Positions 1 to 11,319 are shown, numbered from the stretch's first letter. The stretch: 64,000 nucleotides of DNA from Nitrosopumilus sp. (GCA_965205215.1 OZ242041.1:896001-960000); one strand, 5' to 3'. Numbers and translations: made by a program. The notes: generated by a model from the letters alone, not told the origin.

Positions 1-289
1 TAAAAAAGGGCGAAAAGTCAGTAATAAGACTTACTTGTGAACTAGCAGGGATTATATACTTGAGTTAGCTGGGCACGAAAATCCCTGGGATGTAGGAGTG
101 TGGTTTGACCAGTGCAGGCAGAAATGCCGACGAGGCGCCGCCCAACCTTACATTCGGGAATGGTGATCCAATTCTGGATACATTTATGGGCGCTCCCCAA
201 ACAACGGCATCCATGATCTGCACTGGCCAGGACGAAAACGGGCAAAAACCGGAGTGTAACCTTAAGTATAATTCAAACTACCATACACT

Positions 290-739
290 ATGGTATCAAT
301 CAGGGTATGGCACCCTCCCGGACTCAAAGAGGTAATAGAGGAAGCATACCACAGTCTGGATGCATGGACACGTTTTCTTGAAGACATCATACAGGATATA
401 TCAGCAAGGGGTAAGTTATACCACCGGACACGTTCCACGTTTATAGATAAGAAATGGCGCACTGTGCAAACAGAGGAGTTGGACAAATCAAAGCTAAAAC
501 TAAGTGAGGGGGTGAGACACAAGTACATGGACATGACCATAATGAAAGTAGATGCTGACACCCACCTCAACCTGACCCTGATGTGCAGAATCAAGCAACT
601 GGTAGTACGTCTAGAAGAGCAGAGGAAGGGGCTGTTTACGTTTGAGTACATGCTGTACCTCCAAATGCATGAAGCGATGCACGAAAAGGCGTTGGAGATG
701 CTGCGCAGGAAGGCTGAGGAAGAGAGGAAGCGGGACTGA
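290..739 (+). CDS. hypothetical protein (island/virus-like)
   Basis: Tightly packed co-directional run with the next two ORFs; no recognisable motif; start uncertain. Confidence 0.5.
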   Translation: MVSIRVWHPPGLKEVIEEAYHSLDAWTRFLEDIIQDISARGKLYHRTRSTFIDKKWRTVQTEELDKSKLKLSEGVRHKYMDMTIMKVDADTHLNLTLMCRIKQLVVRLEEQRKGLFTFEYMLYLQMHEAMHEKALEMLRRKAEEERKRD

Positions 740-744
740 TTTCC

Positions 745-930
745 ATGAAAAAGACAAGGGCCATAGAGTTCACAGGTGAGAATCGTATTATCGACCTGGA
801 CGAATTCTTGATGCAGCCAAACGTAAGATATGTTGACTTGAAGGTAAGCACTGTGACAATGCATGGGCAACTCATAGAGGGAGTGGTGCTGGTCTACGAA
901 GAGGACGACGGTAGCATTACCGGGGTGTAA
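745..930 (+). CDS. small hypothetical protein
   Basis: ATG 5 bp after the previous stop, 6 bp before the next ORF. Confidence 0.5.
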   Translation: MKKTRAIEFTGENRIIDLDEFLMQPNVRYVDLKVSTVTMHGQLIEGVVLVYEEDDGSITGV

Positions 931-936
931 AACTAG

Positions 937-1416
937 TTGCATTCAGACTTCAGGCTGACGCAAGAACAGATAGAAAAAGCAGATGCCTATGACAGCGAAA
1001 AACATGCCTACGTACACCATTACTTGAAAGACTACTTTAGAGAGAAACTGCCTCTGTTGAACCGACCAAAACATACGGTAGACTGCTTGGTTCATGAGTG
1101 GGAACGTTACATCGTTGAAGATGCATACAGTGCAGGTGGAGTGGGATCTTGTCCCGGAGATTCATTCGCAGACTGGGAAAAAACTTTCTCAATACATAGC
1201 ACAGCCAGATTTGAATGTAAGGACGACTTTCAGATAGGATACTTTTTGGAGTATAGGCACAGGGATCTGATACGCATCTTGGAGCAATTGCATACGATGT
1301 CAGACAAGATGCTATTATGTGGCAAAAAGTTTGATGAAAATAACCAACTGATCATAACTACTGGAGGTATGAAGAATAGTTTTTCTTCAATACTTGGTTA
1401 TTCTTTCTACAAGTAA
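937..1416 (+). CDS. hypothetical protein
   Basis: 159-aa ORF in an operon-like run; no motif recognised. Confidence 0.5.
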   Translation: MHSDFRLTQEQIEKADAYDSEKHAYVHHYLKDYFREKLPLLNRPKHTVDCLVHEWERYIVEDAYSAGGVGSCPGDSFADWEKTFSIHSTARFECKDDFQIGYFLEYRHRDLIRILEQLHTMSDKMLLCGKKFDENNQLIITTGGMKNSFSSILGYSFYK

Positions 1417-1502
1417 TGAGCCTTACTGTGTTTAGTCGCCCTCTGAACGCGTCCAACTACTGTTGACTCACATGGTAAAGTTGCCCGTGTCATGCTCGAA
1501 GT

Positions 1503-2069
1503 TATAGCTGCGATCAAAAGTTCTTGAGTATCGGTGCAGCCCATCTGTCAAAGTATGCGTACATGTCAAGCTTGAGCTTTGATGTCCTAAAGTACTCGGA
1601 CACTGCCCTTCTCATGTCGGCAAACGAAGGGTAATATTCTGACACCAGCAAGCAGTGCTTTGCCTACCACCAGTGCTCCTCGATCATGTTGAGATATGGT
1701 GACTCATGCGAGAGGCAGACGGATCTGACGTCCCCGTTGCGCCTGAGCTTTTTCCTCAGAGCCTTGGAGCGGTGCTGGGGAACCCTGTCCAGAATCACGG
1801 CTATGCCGCCTCTCTTGAAGCGTTCGATCTTACATGGAGACCAGATCGGAACACTGTATCGGCGGGTCTGCCGCATGCCATATGCCTTCGTCGTTTATGC
1901 GCACCGTGTCTACCGCAGCCATCCTGATCTTGACCCGGTGGTCTCTTTTCTTGTATGCTTTCTTCAGATCCCCGGTCTTGCCGTTGACATACCGAGCGTG
2001 ATACGAAGGGATCAAAATTTGTTTCCGTTTGACAAGTTGATCTCTCAAGGACTTTTGCGTCTAGCTATA
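1503..2069 (-). mobile_element. degenerate, internally deleted IS630-family element
   Basis: HTH-like fragment (DLKKAYKKRDHRVKIRMAAV) and DDE_3-like fragment (VILDRVPQH...SPYLNMIEEHW) in different frames; imperfect IRs tatagctgcgatcaaaag / cttttgcgtctagctata with TA ends. Confidence 0.75.
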
Positions 2070-2122
2070 CCTGTCTGTGTCACATCGACAGTATTAATTG
2101 ATCCTACGGCGCACAACACGCA

Positions 2123-4219
2123 TTGAACATCAGGGCGGTAAGGCTGAGAAACTTTCTCTCGTTAGGCGACAATACGCCCGAGATCGAACTGTCTGGACTC
2201 ACCACGATCGTGGGACCCAACGGCTCGGGCAAGACCAGCCTGCTGAGGGCCATTGAGGTGATCGGCAGTCATATGATCCGGCCCAGGCTGCTTCCGGAGG
2301 TATACCATCACAACGGGGATGTTGTGTCCCAGGTCGAGATCGAGATTGATGTGGAGTTCGACTACGATGAGGTACGGGTCATGTCGGATTTTCTGACGTG
2401 CGCGTGCGTCGCCCAAATGGAGTCGAATGATATTCCGTATGGGGATCGAGAAAAACAAGTTCTCAAGAAGATCCTACAGGGTAACGGCATGAAGCATTCT
2501 GCGGATATGTGTAGCAAGATGACCGTAATCCTGCGCACCGAGGGCAGATCAACACTCCCAAAAGTGATCCTCCGGATCGGCAAGGGAGACTGTCGTCTAG
2601 ACGTGAGGAATGGCAGAACCGTAATGGTAGCAGGTATAGAGAAGAGGATGCGCCGTTATGTTGTGGACTTAATCCTTGACAGGGCTTCGGCCGAGGTCTC
2701 CGGCCTGAAATCCCATCTGTCTAAAAGAAACAGGAAACAGCCAGCCGACCTAGATGACTTTGCGGTGGATATATTTAAAATGGTTGAAGACACCGGTGAC
2801 GATGCGTTCACGCTCGGCGTGTTTCGACCAGACATAACTGGGATTATGAAAGAAGTTCACCGGAAGTTCATACGTACGCTGAATTTTTTGGGCGATGGGG
2901 TGGAAGGTATAATCAGCTTCGACACAATAGTTGGGCATCTGTTCTCAAGATCCATAGTAAAAATGTCAGAAATGCAGACGCGGCCTGAAGAAATGTCACT
3001 TACAAGAAACATGCAGGAGACAGACGTTGAGAACATCACGGGTCTGGATCTCGCCCGAACGTTGTTCCTGATGAGTAATAGCGATGATCCCGCCACGATA
3101 CTACGATACAAGAAAGTCATCTTAAAGATGAATGAGATGACGGGGCTGGATGTCAGTATCCAGATAAAGCATACACAAAACAAAAAAGATCATCCGGCAG
3201 ATCCCAAAATTGCCGTCAGGTTCGTGAGAGACACGCTGCCGGTTCCGGCCGAGCTTGTGGCCGGCGGTGACATTGAATTACTGACTATCCTGACCACGTT
3301 GATCGGCCGGAGTGGCAAAATCCTACTCTTGGACGAACCCGCGTCAAGCCTGCATCCGAACAGGCAGAAGGAGATGCGTAAGCTTATGCGCGAGACATCG
3401 GAAGAAGATGGAAATCAGATCGTCCTAGTCACACACTCGCCCTTCCTGACGGATCCATACGGCCGCGAGCCGCTGTGGAGGTTCGCCCCGGATAAAACCG
3501 GGACGAAGGTGGCAGACATCGTAAAGATATTATCCGAACACAGAAACGGAGGGAAGATTATGCAGCATGTAGATGTCCGCTCCATGATGTTTCAGCAAGG
3601 CGTGATCATAGTGGAGGGATTGTCTGACAAGATTCTGATCGAGTCTGCGGATCGACTCATGGCCGAGAGGGAGGGAGGTGGGCCCGGCATCACGAGCGGC
3701 GAATGGATGATACTGGAGGCAGGTGGGAAGGATTCAGTCTTTCCGCTCTCCCGCTTGGCAGAAGAACTGGGCATATCATACATCTCAGTAGTGGATCGTG
3801 ACGCCCTTATGACGCACGACGAAAAGACGAAGATAGGTGACCGTAATGTACAGACCTCGTCTGCCATACGGCACATAAATGAGACACATGGGCTGTCTAA
3901 TGGGGAACGGAAGACCATAATGGATGCAGGGCTCTGCACATCTGCAAACGGTGGCCAAAAATATGACTCAGACGACTTTGATACCCTGAATAAGATCGCC
4001 CGATCTCACAACATACACGTGCTGGATAGTGACATGGAGGGGATTGCCGGGATAAAAAAAAGGAAAAAAGACAGCAAGGTGGAACGCGCACTGAATCTGA
4101 GCTACCAAATGCGCGAAAACAGCTATGTTCCAGAGGGATTGGCGGATCTTGTGCATTCGCTTGGTGAGGTAATCGAGGATACGAGTAGCAGCGGCAACGC
4201 CGAACCGCCGCCATCATAA
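2123..4219 (+). CDS. OLD-family ATP-dependent endonuclease (ABC-ATPase + TOPRIM)
   Basis: Walker A GPNGSGKT, Walker B/D-loop LLLDEPASSLHP, H-loop VTHSP, TOPRIM VEGLSD...GGK...VVDRD. Confidence 0.85.
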   Translation: MNIRAVRLRNFLSLGDNTPEIELSGLTTIVGPNGSGKTSLLRAIEVIGSHMIRPRLLPEVYHHNGDVVSQVEIEIDVEFDYDEVRVMSDFLTCACVAQMESNDIPYGDREKQVLKKILQGNGMKHSADMCSKMTVILRTEGRSTLPKVILRIGKGDCRLDVRNGRTVMVAGIEKRMRRYVVDLILDRASAEVSGLKSHLSKRNRKQPADLDDFAVDIFKMVEDTGDDAFTLGVFRPDITGIMKEVHRKFIRTLNFLGDGVEGIISFDTIVGHLFSRSIVKMSEMQTRPEEMSLTRNMQETDVENITGLDLARTLFLMSNSDDPATILRYKKVILKMNEMTGLDVSIQIKHTQNKKDHPADPKIAVRFVRDTLPVPAELVAGGDIELLTILTTLIGRSGKILLLDEPASSLHPNRQKEMRKLMRETSEEDGNQIVLVTHSPFLTDPYGREPLWRFAPDKTGTKVADIVKILSEHRNGGKIMQHVDVRSMMFQQGVIIVEGLSDKILIESADRLMAEREGGGPGITSGEWMILEAGGKDSVFPLSRLAEELGISYISVVDRDALMTHDEKTKIGDRNVQTSSAIRHINETHGLSNGERKTIMDAGLCTSANGGQKYDSDDFDTLNKIARSHNIHVLDSDMEGIAGIKKRKKDSKVERALNLSYQMRENSYVPEGLADLVHSLGEVIEDTSSSGNAEPPPS

Positions 4220-5113
4220 CTACTGCTGCAGCAGCGCCTAACTTTCCAGAACCTTCTTCATCCTCCCATACCCTTTCCGGTTATTTCGTCGTTGATGTCC
4301 ACTATCTTCAGCACGTCCAGCGGATTTTAGGAGGGCGCAGCGTCCCTGATAATCTTGGCTTCCATCTTTTTCACCTTTGCTTCCTGTAGGGGGTGGGACA
4401 TCCACGTGACCTGAAAGTGGCCGGGGCAAGCGACCCGCCCGCGGGCCGGCAGGCTGCGGGCACATAGGGCGTGATTCCGGATTTCCGGCTCTTGCATTAG
4501 AATCCGGCCAGGCGCCCATGTCCAGAGAACATGCTTTTCGCCAGAAGATTCGCACCCATATCGTGCCTTTTTCCGGTCTCATCTAGGCAGCTTGGACAGG
4601 GCCGGGCAGGGCCGGACGGCCGTTCCAGTCGCGAATCTGGGTGAAAGTTGCGACGTTTAGGGGATCCCGGATACGTGAGGGGGAAGGGCCCCATTTGCCC
4701 CGCTATTCGAATACAGGCGCCGCGTTCTGACAAAAAAGAGATGCAACTGTCTCTCGTCCGCCTGCATGATTCAGGCGTGGTTCGCCTGCCTGCCTGGGAC
4801 CATCATGAAGATTTTTCTTCACAATGATGTCCTAGCACAGACGCCTGTCATCCGAAGCGCGTCTGCAGGGCCGGGACGGGTTTTGCCGACTATTTCAGAC
4901 CCAGATCAACGCAGATCGTGCCTAGACGGGGCTTCTCTCAAGGGTGAGTATGCAGGCCGTTGCGCATTATGTGGATTTACACCCACTGATATGACATGAC
5001 TGCACCGGTGCATGAGCTTCCGGTGTATGTCCTGCTGTAGCGCGATGGAGTGATCCTTGATCTGCTGCCTTACTCATTATCAACCCTATCTGTTGCGTTC
5101 CATCTTGAGCGGC

Positions 5114-5412
5114 CTATCTGGTCTCGGGAGGTTCGGAGGCGTCTATTCCGCCCTCCCCAAACCGTTGCGCCCACATCAAGACCCAGTTCGAACCCTGCAT
5201 GAACGAATCGGCCACGTGCTGAGCGCTCTCTTGGTTGTAATACGCCATGTTCACCGCGGCCATCCTCTTGGCCACTCGCAGATCCTTTTCTTTTCGATAT
5301 GCGCGTTTGACCTCTTCTCGAGACATTTCAGTCATGCGGCGTGTCAAGTAGTATGATCAATAAAAGCTCCGTTTAGAATAAGTGTTTGCTCATGAACTTT
5401 TGCTCTTGACTA
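5114..5412 (-). mobile_element. IS630-family 5' fragment (left end + HTH)
   Basis: ORF EEVKRAYRKEKDLRVAKRMAAV...WAQRFGEGG; upstream 5351-5412 is homologous (reverse complement) to 50681-50742. Confidence 0.7.
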
Positions 5413-5441
5413 TGGCATAATAGTTATTAGTCCAAGATACA

Positions 5442-6590
5442 GTGATTCAAATTATGATAAAAAAACCATCAATCCCACCAATTCTTGATGATATTGGATC
5501 GGCAAATTTATTTAATCAAATTATGACAAATTGGATTGAACCAGAAATCAAAAAAAGAAAAGTATCTAAAACATTAACAGCCAATTTCATATTCAACAAA
5601 TGCCTGATTTTATTTCCTCCAAAAAAATCTCCAATTGTTAAGTTTAATCAAGAATGTCAGTTGCTTGTACTTATGAGCAAGCACAATATTGATACGCTAG
5701 TAAAAAACCAACCAGTTTACATTCATCAAGTTAAAGAAATCATAGATGTGATGCCACCAACCATTAATGATGTACAAGTACCGTTTATTTTTTTAATCAA
5801 AACGGATGAATTTTGGCACATGTTTTTTGACCTTGCTCCAGATACAACCAATAAGTCAACAGATAATTGGATTTTAGGGAAACAGATGGCAAACTCATTA
5901 CAACAATCATTAGAAATAGAAACAATTATTGTTTCTACACGTGCTAATAAGTTATTAAACAGAATAGGTTTGTGGTGTGCCCCTTCCTTGGTTTTGTACC
6001 CGCTCAATAGAATGATAGAGCGCTTATCTGAAAATGACGATGATGGTGCGATCAAAATACTATTGGAACACTGTAACGGTAAATTCCTTGACACCATGAC
6101 TACACATTGGTTTAAAAATACATTTTTTGCAAAAAGAAAAAATCTAATTATAGATTCAGTATGGGCACATGGCCAAAAAAAATACACCCTTGCAATCTAT
6201 ACACTCATACCCCAAATCGAGGGAATAATGACGGATTGGTTAGAACATAATAGACATGTCCCAAAACGCCAAAAAGACAAACTTAAAGAATTTTTTGAAG
6301 CAATGTCGCAAAATACTATAGATACTGTCAACATGATCTCTAAATCAACGCTAAACTTTATAGAAAATTTAGTTTTCGCTGCATTTGAATGGTCCGATGA
6401 AATATCGTACGTGTCTCCAAAGAGACACCCAATAGAGCATGGAAAATATGTGAGGAAGATGTACACTAAGAAAATTTCCATTCTAGTGTTTCTTTTACTT
6501 GATACCATTCATTATTTGATTTCAACTACCGAGCCTGCACCACCTCAGAGATCATCCAAAACATCCTCACAGGGTAAACCTATAGTGTGA
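5442..6590 (+). CDS. AT-rich protein with putative C-terminal HEPN domain
   Basis: LIPQIEG helix plus R-x4-H motif (RHPIEH); much more AT-rich than the host; stop codon lies in the adjacent IS end. Confidence 0.6.
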   Translation: MIQIMIKKPSIPPILDDIGSANLFNQIMTNWIEPEIKKRKVSKTLTANFIFNKCLILFPPKKSPIVKFNQECQLLVLMSKHNIDTLVKNQPVYIHQVKEIIDVMPPTINDVQVPFIFLIKTDEFWHMFFDLAPDTTNKSTDNWILGKQMANSLQQSLEIETIIVSTRANKLLNRIGLWCAPSLVLYPLNRMIERLSENDDDGAIKILLEHCNGKFLDTMTTHWFKNTFFAKRKNLIIDSVWAHGQKKYTLAIYTLIPQIEGIMTDWLEHNRHVPKRQKDKLKEFFEAMSQNTIDTVNMISKSTLNFIENLVFAAFEWSDEISYVSPKRHPIEHGKYVRKMYTKKISILVFLLLDTIHYLISTTEPAPPQRSSKTSSQGKPIV

Positions 6591-7161
6591 CGCAAAAAGG
6601 CGGATTATATACTTGAAACCTCGGAGATTTACCACCGCGGTTGTTGACGAGTCCATATTCGTCAACGGCCCGGGAAGCGGCGTAAAATACTGGTCGCTGA
6701 GGGGAGCCCCCGTCATAACCGCATACAACGGAAGCCACGACAGGATAGTGGCGTACGGCGCGCTCACGACGGACGGCGGGCAGTTTGTCAGGACGTACGG
6801 GGGATCGACAAGGAGACGTTCCTGAAATATCTGAAGGCGCGGGTCGGCCACTTTGGCAGGACCGCGGTAATCGTGGACAATGCGTTGTAGCACAGGGCCA
6901 GAATAGTACGGGAATACCTGGAGGGGGAGGAGCCAAGCGCGAGGGTCATCTGACTTTCCAAGGCAACGCCGGAACTCAGCGTGGTCGAGGAGTACTGGCA
7001 CTAGTCAAAGCGCGATCTACTGGTCAGCGAATATTACTCGACGGTGGTGCATATGCGCCGCGCCTTGCAGGGTATTTTAGAATGGCGCGCCCCAAACTTG
7101 ACGCAATGAAATTCATCAATAGAACGTCTCTGCCCTGCAAAAACCTTTGATCGTCACTATA
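6581..7161 (+). mobile_element. degenerate IS630-family element (DDE remnant)
   Basis: VDESIF / VAYGAL / IVDNA / TPELSVVEEYW-like fragments broken by stops and frameshifts; ends tatagtgtgacgcaaaa and tttgatcgtcactata. Confidence 0.75.
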
Positions 7162-7790
7162 GGTCTGGTTTTCTACCAGCCTCGGTACTGTTGGCTAGGT
7201 TGGGGGAGAAGGAACCCAGCTAGAATGAAAACATCTACTTTCATACAGCTTAAAGCCAGCAGAGGAGTGACGAGGGCTAGAGGGCCTAGAGTAGGACCAC
7301 TAGCGTTCATACGGCTTAAAGCCCGTGGGGAGAAGACAGAGGCAGGACAAAGACCAAGTTTACCACCGATCAGAAGATCCAGATAATGCTAGAGTCAATC
7401 AGAATTGTTATCGATACTACGGAACTGTGCCGCAAGCAGAGTACGTCCGCCAACGTTTCAGACATGGAGACAATAGTTCATGTGTGCAGGCAAGGCCGAT
7501 TGTCACACCTTGGTGGCCTGATCCCGGCTGTAACAGGAGCGGCCTGCCGAGCCCAAAAGAAGGCGAGAATTGCTGTGTCCGGTCGAGGACGGATGCCCTG
7601 AGGCGCCTCCAAACTTCCACGGACATAGGCCTTCCGCGTGGAGCATACGGGGCGTTTGTGTCGCTTAACGGCCGGATGATGGATTGTAACGTTTTAGTCG
7701 ACAAGCAACCCGAGCCTGTTATGCGCCCGCCACTGTGATGGGTCGGGCGATGATGGGTCGAGCGATGACAGAGATTCTGATTGTCGTGCC

Positions 7791-7868
7791 GTGCCGGTGC
7801 CCCGTGCCGGTGCCCCGTGCCGGTGCCCCGTGCCGGTGCCCCGTGCCGGTGCCCCGTGCCGGTGCCCC
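7791..7868 (+). repeat. 13-bp tandem repeat GTGCCGGTGCCCC x6
   Basis: Read directly. Confidence 0.95.
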
Positions 7869-8493
7869 CCGTCCTGGAGCCTGCCAGAGTCGTCAAAGTC
7901 TACAAAGTCCAAGACATTGACGACACCAGTGCCCGGACTGCCCAAAAGCCTGCAAGCTTAAAGGATCCTCGTGCGGGAGCGCGGCGGAGCCGGGCGCCTG
8001 GCTGCGGCGACAAGTTGGATTTCGTTTGCGAATGCTGTTCCAAAACTTCTCGTCCGTTTCAAGAGTCGGGACATGCCGCGGAACGACTGAACGCTGAACC
8101 TGCCGCCGCCGCCCGGACGTGCCTTTCGCGGAAAGTTGGGCCGCCGGGCCCGACGTATATGGGAGGGGGCCGCCGCTAAGCGGCCCCCGGTCGTTTCGGG
8201 ATCGTCGCTCGTGAGGAACGTTCGTTTTTCTATATCTGTGGGTAAATGCGAGTCCCGGCGCCTGCCTGCCCGGCGTGATGTGTCGAGCCGGAGCGTTGTC
8301 CGGATGCATGTTCTGCACGTGTACGGTGCACGTTGTGCATCTGGGATGTGCGGATTATGCATGCCGGAAAACCTCGGAAATACAGATTGTGCACCGTTGC
8401 CGTGTAGATTGTGCACGTGGGGGACGCCTTGCGGCCCGTGCTCGTGCACTTCAAGCATTTTGGGCCTTTTATGCATACGGGAGCCTGCGGCGC

Positions 8494-8817
8494 GTGGAGC
8501 TTGAAGACATCCAGAGAAAGGTCCAGTTCCGGCAGGGATCCTATGCCGTGACCATACCGCTCCGGATAGTCCACGCGCTGGGGATCCGCAGGGATCAGTA
8601 CGTCAGGTTCGCCGTCTCCAAGAACAAGGTCATCATAAAGCCCGTCGAGTCCAACATTACGAAAAGGGATGTGGCCGAGGCCGACCGGGACTCTGCCGCG
8701 CTCGACAGGTACGGGGAGCGGGAGGACGCCGGCTACATGGGGGACCTCGCCGAGGCCCTAGCGCGCAAGCCGGATGATGCGGGATCCGGCCGAATCGAGA
8801 AGCTCAGGATGAAGTGA
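8494..8817 (+). CDS. AbrB/MazE/SpoVT-type DNA-binding protein
   Basis: RKVQFRQGSYAVTIPLRIVHALGIRRDQYVRF...VIIKP swapped-hairpin pattern; GTG start ~25 bp after TTTTATG box. Confidence 0.8.
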   Translation: MELEDIQRKVQFRQGSYAVTIPLRIVHALGIRRDQYVRFAVSKNKVIIKPVESNITKRDVAEADRDSAALDRYGEREDAGYMGDLAEALARKPDDAGSGRIEKLRMK

Positions 8818-8896
8818 CGCCCGAAGATCTCCATTTTCTGCCCCCCGTCCGGCCGCCCCCCGTTTCCTTGTCCGGGGGCTCTCGGATCATACGTGA

Positions 8897-9445
<549 letters not shown>

Positions 9446-9930
9446 TAGTGTGGGAGCGCGACGGACTTGGCGGGTTTACTACAAACCGTGGTTACTGGCC
9501 TCGGAGCGGCGGCGCGTGCCGTACGCCGCCGCGACGTTCTGACTGCGCATGTCTGGGAAACAACCTAGCCATATACCGCGCGGATCGATCTTCGATTTGG
9601 AAAAGCCGCGAACCTGACAGAAGCTGCTACTCCGGGCGCACCGGCCACATGCTGATCGATGCGGCGCGTACGTGCCGTACGGAGGGAAAAGAGTGACGCA
9701 AACGCGGGCGCGCTCTGGGAGTCCGGGTATGCTGTGGTGCAACTGAACGGTGAGCAGGCCGGCGCGCCGCCGGCCGGACGTGCTTTTTGCGGAACAGCCG
9801 GGCCTGGCGGCCCGGCTGTACATGGGAGGGGGCCGCCGCTAGGCGGCCCCCGGTCATCCCGGGGTTGTCGTTGTGGTGACGTGCCAATATGCGAGTGGGA
9901 TGTTCGACACGTGCCGTCAAATCCGTGGCG

Positions 9931-10183
9931 CCCTTTGCGCGCTTTGCGCCCTTGCCAAAAACACCCTTTGCGCGCTTTGCGCCCTTGCCAAAAACACCCT
10001 TTGCGCGCTTTGCGCCCTTGCCAAAAACACCCTTTGCGCGCTTTGCGCCCTTGCCAAAAACACCCTTTGCGCGCTTTGCGCCCTTGCCAAAAACACCCTT
10101 TGCGCGCTTTGCGCGTCCATATCACGCCAAGAGCACCCTTTGCGCGCTTTGGGCGCTTGTCAAGAGCGCGCTTTGCGCGCTTT
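9931..10183 (+). repeat. 33-bp tandem repeat CCCTTTGCGCGCTTTGCGCCCTTGCCAAAAACA x5 plus degenerate copies
   Basis: Read directly; ends just upstream of the AbrB promoter. Confidence 0.95.
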
Positions 10184-10217
10184 TTTCCCCTTAAACATAT
10201 CCAGGGCGTCACTGGTT

Positions 10218-10529
10218 ATGGACAGCGAGAAGACCTTGGAGCGGAGGATCCAGCTGAGGGGGCGCTCCTTTGTACTGACGATCCCGCGGGCCGTGATAAA
10301 AAAGATGGAGATCCGTAACGGGCAGAGCGTAAGATTTCTGGTGGGGGACGGGGAGGTCGTGATCAGACCCATGAGCGCGGGGACGGGTGACGGGACCGCG
10401 GACTCTGAAGGCCCCGACAAGTACGAGAGGGCCATAGAGGAGATGATGACCAAGGACAAATCCGAAAGGTCCGGCGGCCGCGGTGCGGCGTCCGGGAGGA
10501 GCAAGCTGGAAAGGCTCCGGCTCAAATAA
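10218..10529 (+). CDS. AbrB/MazE/SpoVT-type DNA-binding protein
   Basis: RRIQLRGRSFVLTIPRAVIKKMEIRNGQSVRF...VVIRP; TTAAA box ~27 bp upstream. Confidence 0.85.
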   Translation: MDSEKTLERRIQLRGRSFVLTIPRAVIKKMEIRNGQSVRFLVGDGEVVIRPMSAGTGDGTADSEGPDKYERAIEEMMTKDKSERSGGRGAASGRSKLERLRLK

Positions 10530-11000
10530 TCGCAACCCGGACCTCGCGCCCTTTCCCGCCTGACAGCCGCGCAGGCCTGCTACATCCTCGGGCTCTGGGA
10601 GCGCCATTGTCAGCCGTACGCCGCCAAACCGCCCCGCCGCCCTTCATCCTCTGCCTGCATTCCGGATCCTTTTCAGAGTGCCGTGCACGGCATGTCTCCG
10701 ATGGTGAAGGGGGGCTTCCTCGGTTCGCGTGCGGTTCGGTGGATGGACACCTGCTACTGTCGCTTTCAGACTGATCTTTCAAAGCCTCCGTGGGCATCCC
10801 ATCACGCTTCCGCGCCCTTCACCGCCTGCTCTTGGCGTCCTCCGACTTGGTTTCTGCCCGTCTTGCCGGATTCTCGCTGACATTCGCGATTTCTCGCGTC
10901 TGGATTCTTCCCCCTCCCCCCACGCCTACTCCGTGGGCGTGCCAAGGCTGCCCGGGTGATAATCTGCGGCAGGGACAGCAGCAAGGCAACGGGCTACGGC

Positions 11001-11048
11001 AGTTACCCGGTAACAATCATGGTGCACTATGATTGTTACCGGGTAACT
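11001..11048. repeat. 48-bp palindrome with 20-bp perfect arms
   Basis: AGTTACCCGGTAACAATCAT-GGTGCACT-ATGATTGTTACCGGGTAACT. Confidence 0.95.
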
Positions 11049-11319
11049 ACGTCGTAGGTGGTGGGACGTACCCGTGTCGTGGAACGCCTGCCTCCGGTTG
11101 GTCGCTGCAGGCAGCCGCCGCCCTCCGCCCGCTGTTCGTGCGCGACATGCGGGCCATGGAGCGCCGCAGGGATGGAGTGGGGGGGGGGGCAGACCGGCAG
11201 ACACCCCGTTGCACCCAATCGTACGCGCGGTGATCCTGATTATCCTTTGTAGCGCTGCGGGAGTGGCATGATCCGGGTGGTCCATTCTTGCGGATCTGTT
11301 CCGTATTGAACCCTGGCCA

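Larger units (their letters stand above)
7775..8817 (+). other. repeat/hairpin/AbrB module, copy A
   Basis: Core 7869-8200 closely resembles 59275-59608 and partly copies B and D; hairpins 8135-8154 and 8165-8188; phased TGCA-N5-TGCA-like sites 8305-8415. Confidence 0.8.

Noticed and set aside
2123-4219. Gabija or retron system
   Set aside because: No GajB helicase or reverse transcriptase nearby
8075-8260. Group I intron (AACGACTGAACG and GAGTCC resemble the R and S elements)
   Set aside because: The P7 pairing is imperfect, the motifs are not kept in copies B and D, and no interrupted host gene is evident
11001-11048. Integron attC site
   Set aside because: Ends do not fit RYYYAAC...GTTRRRY, there are no extrahelical bases, and I see no IntI-like features in the recombinase
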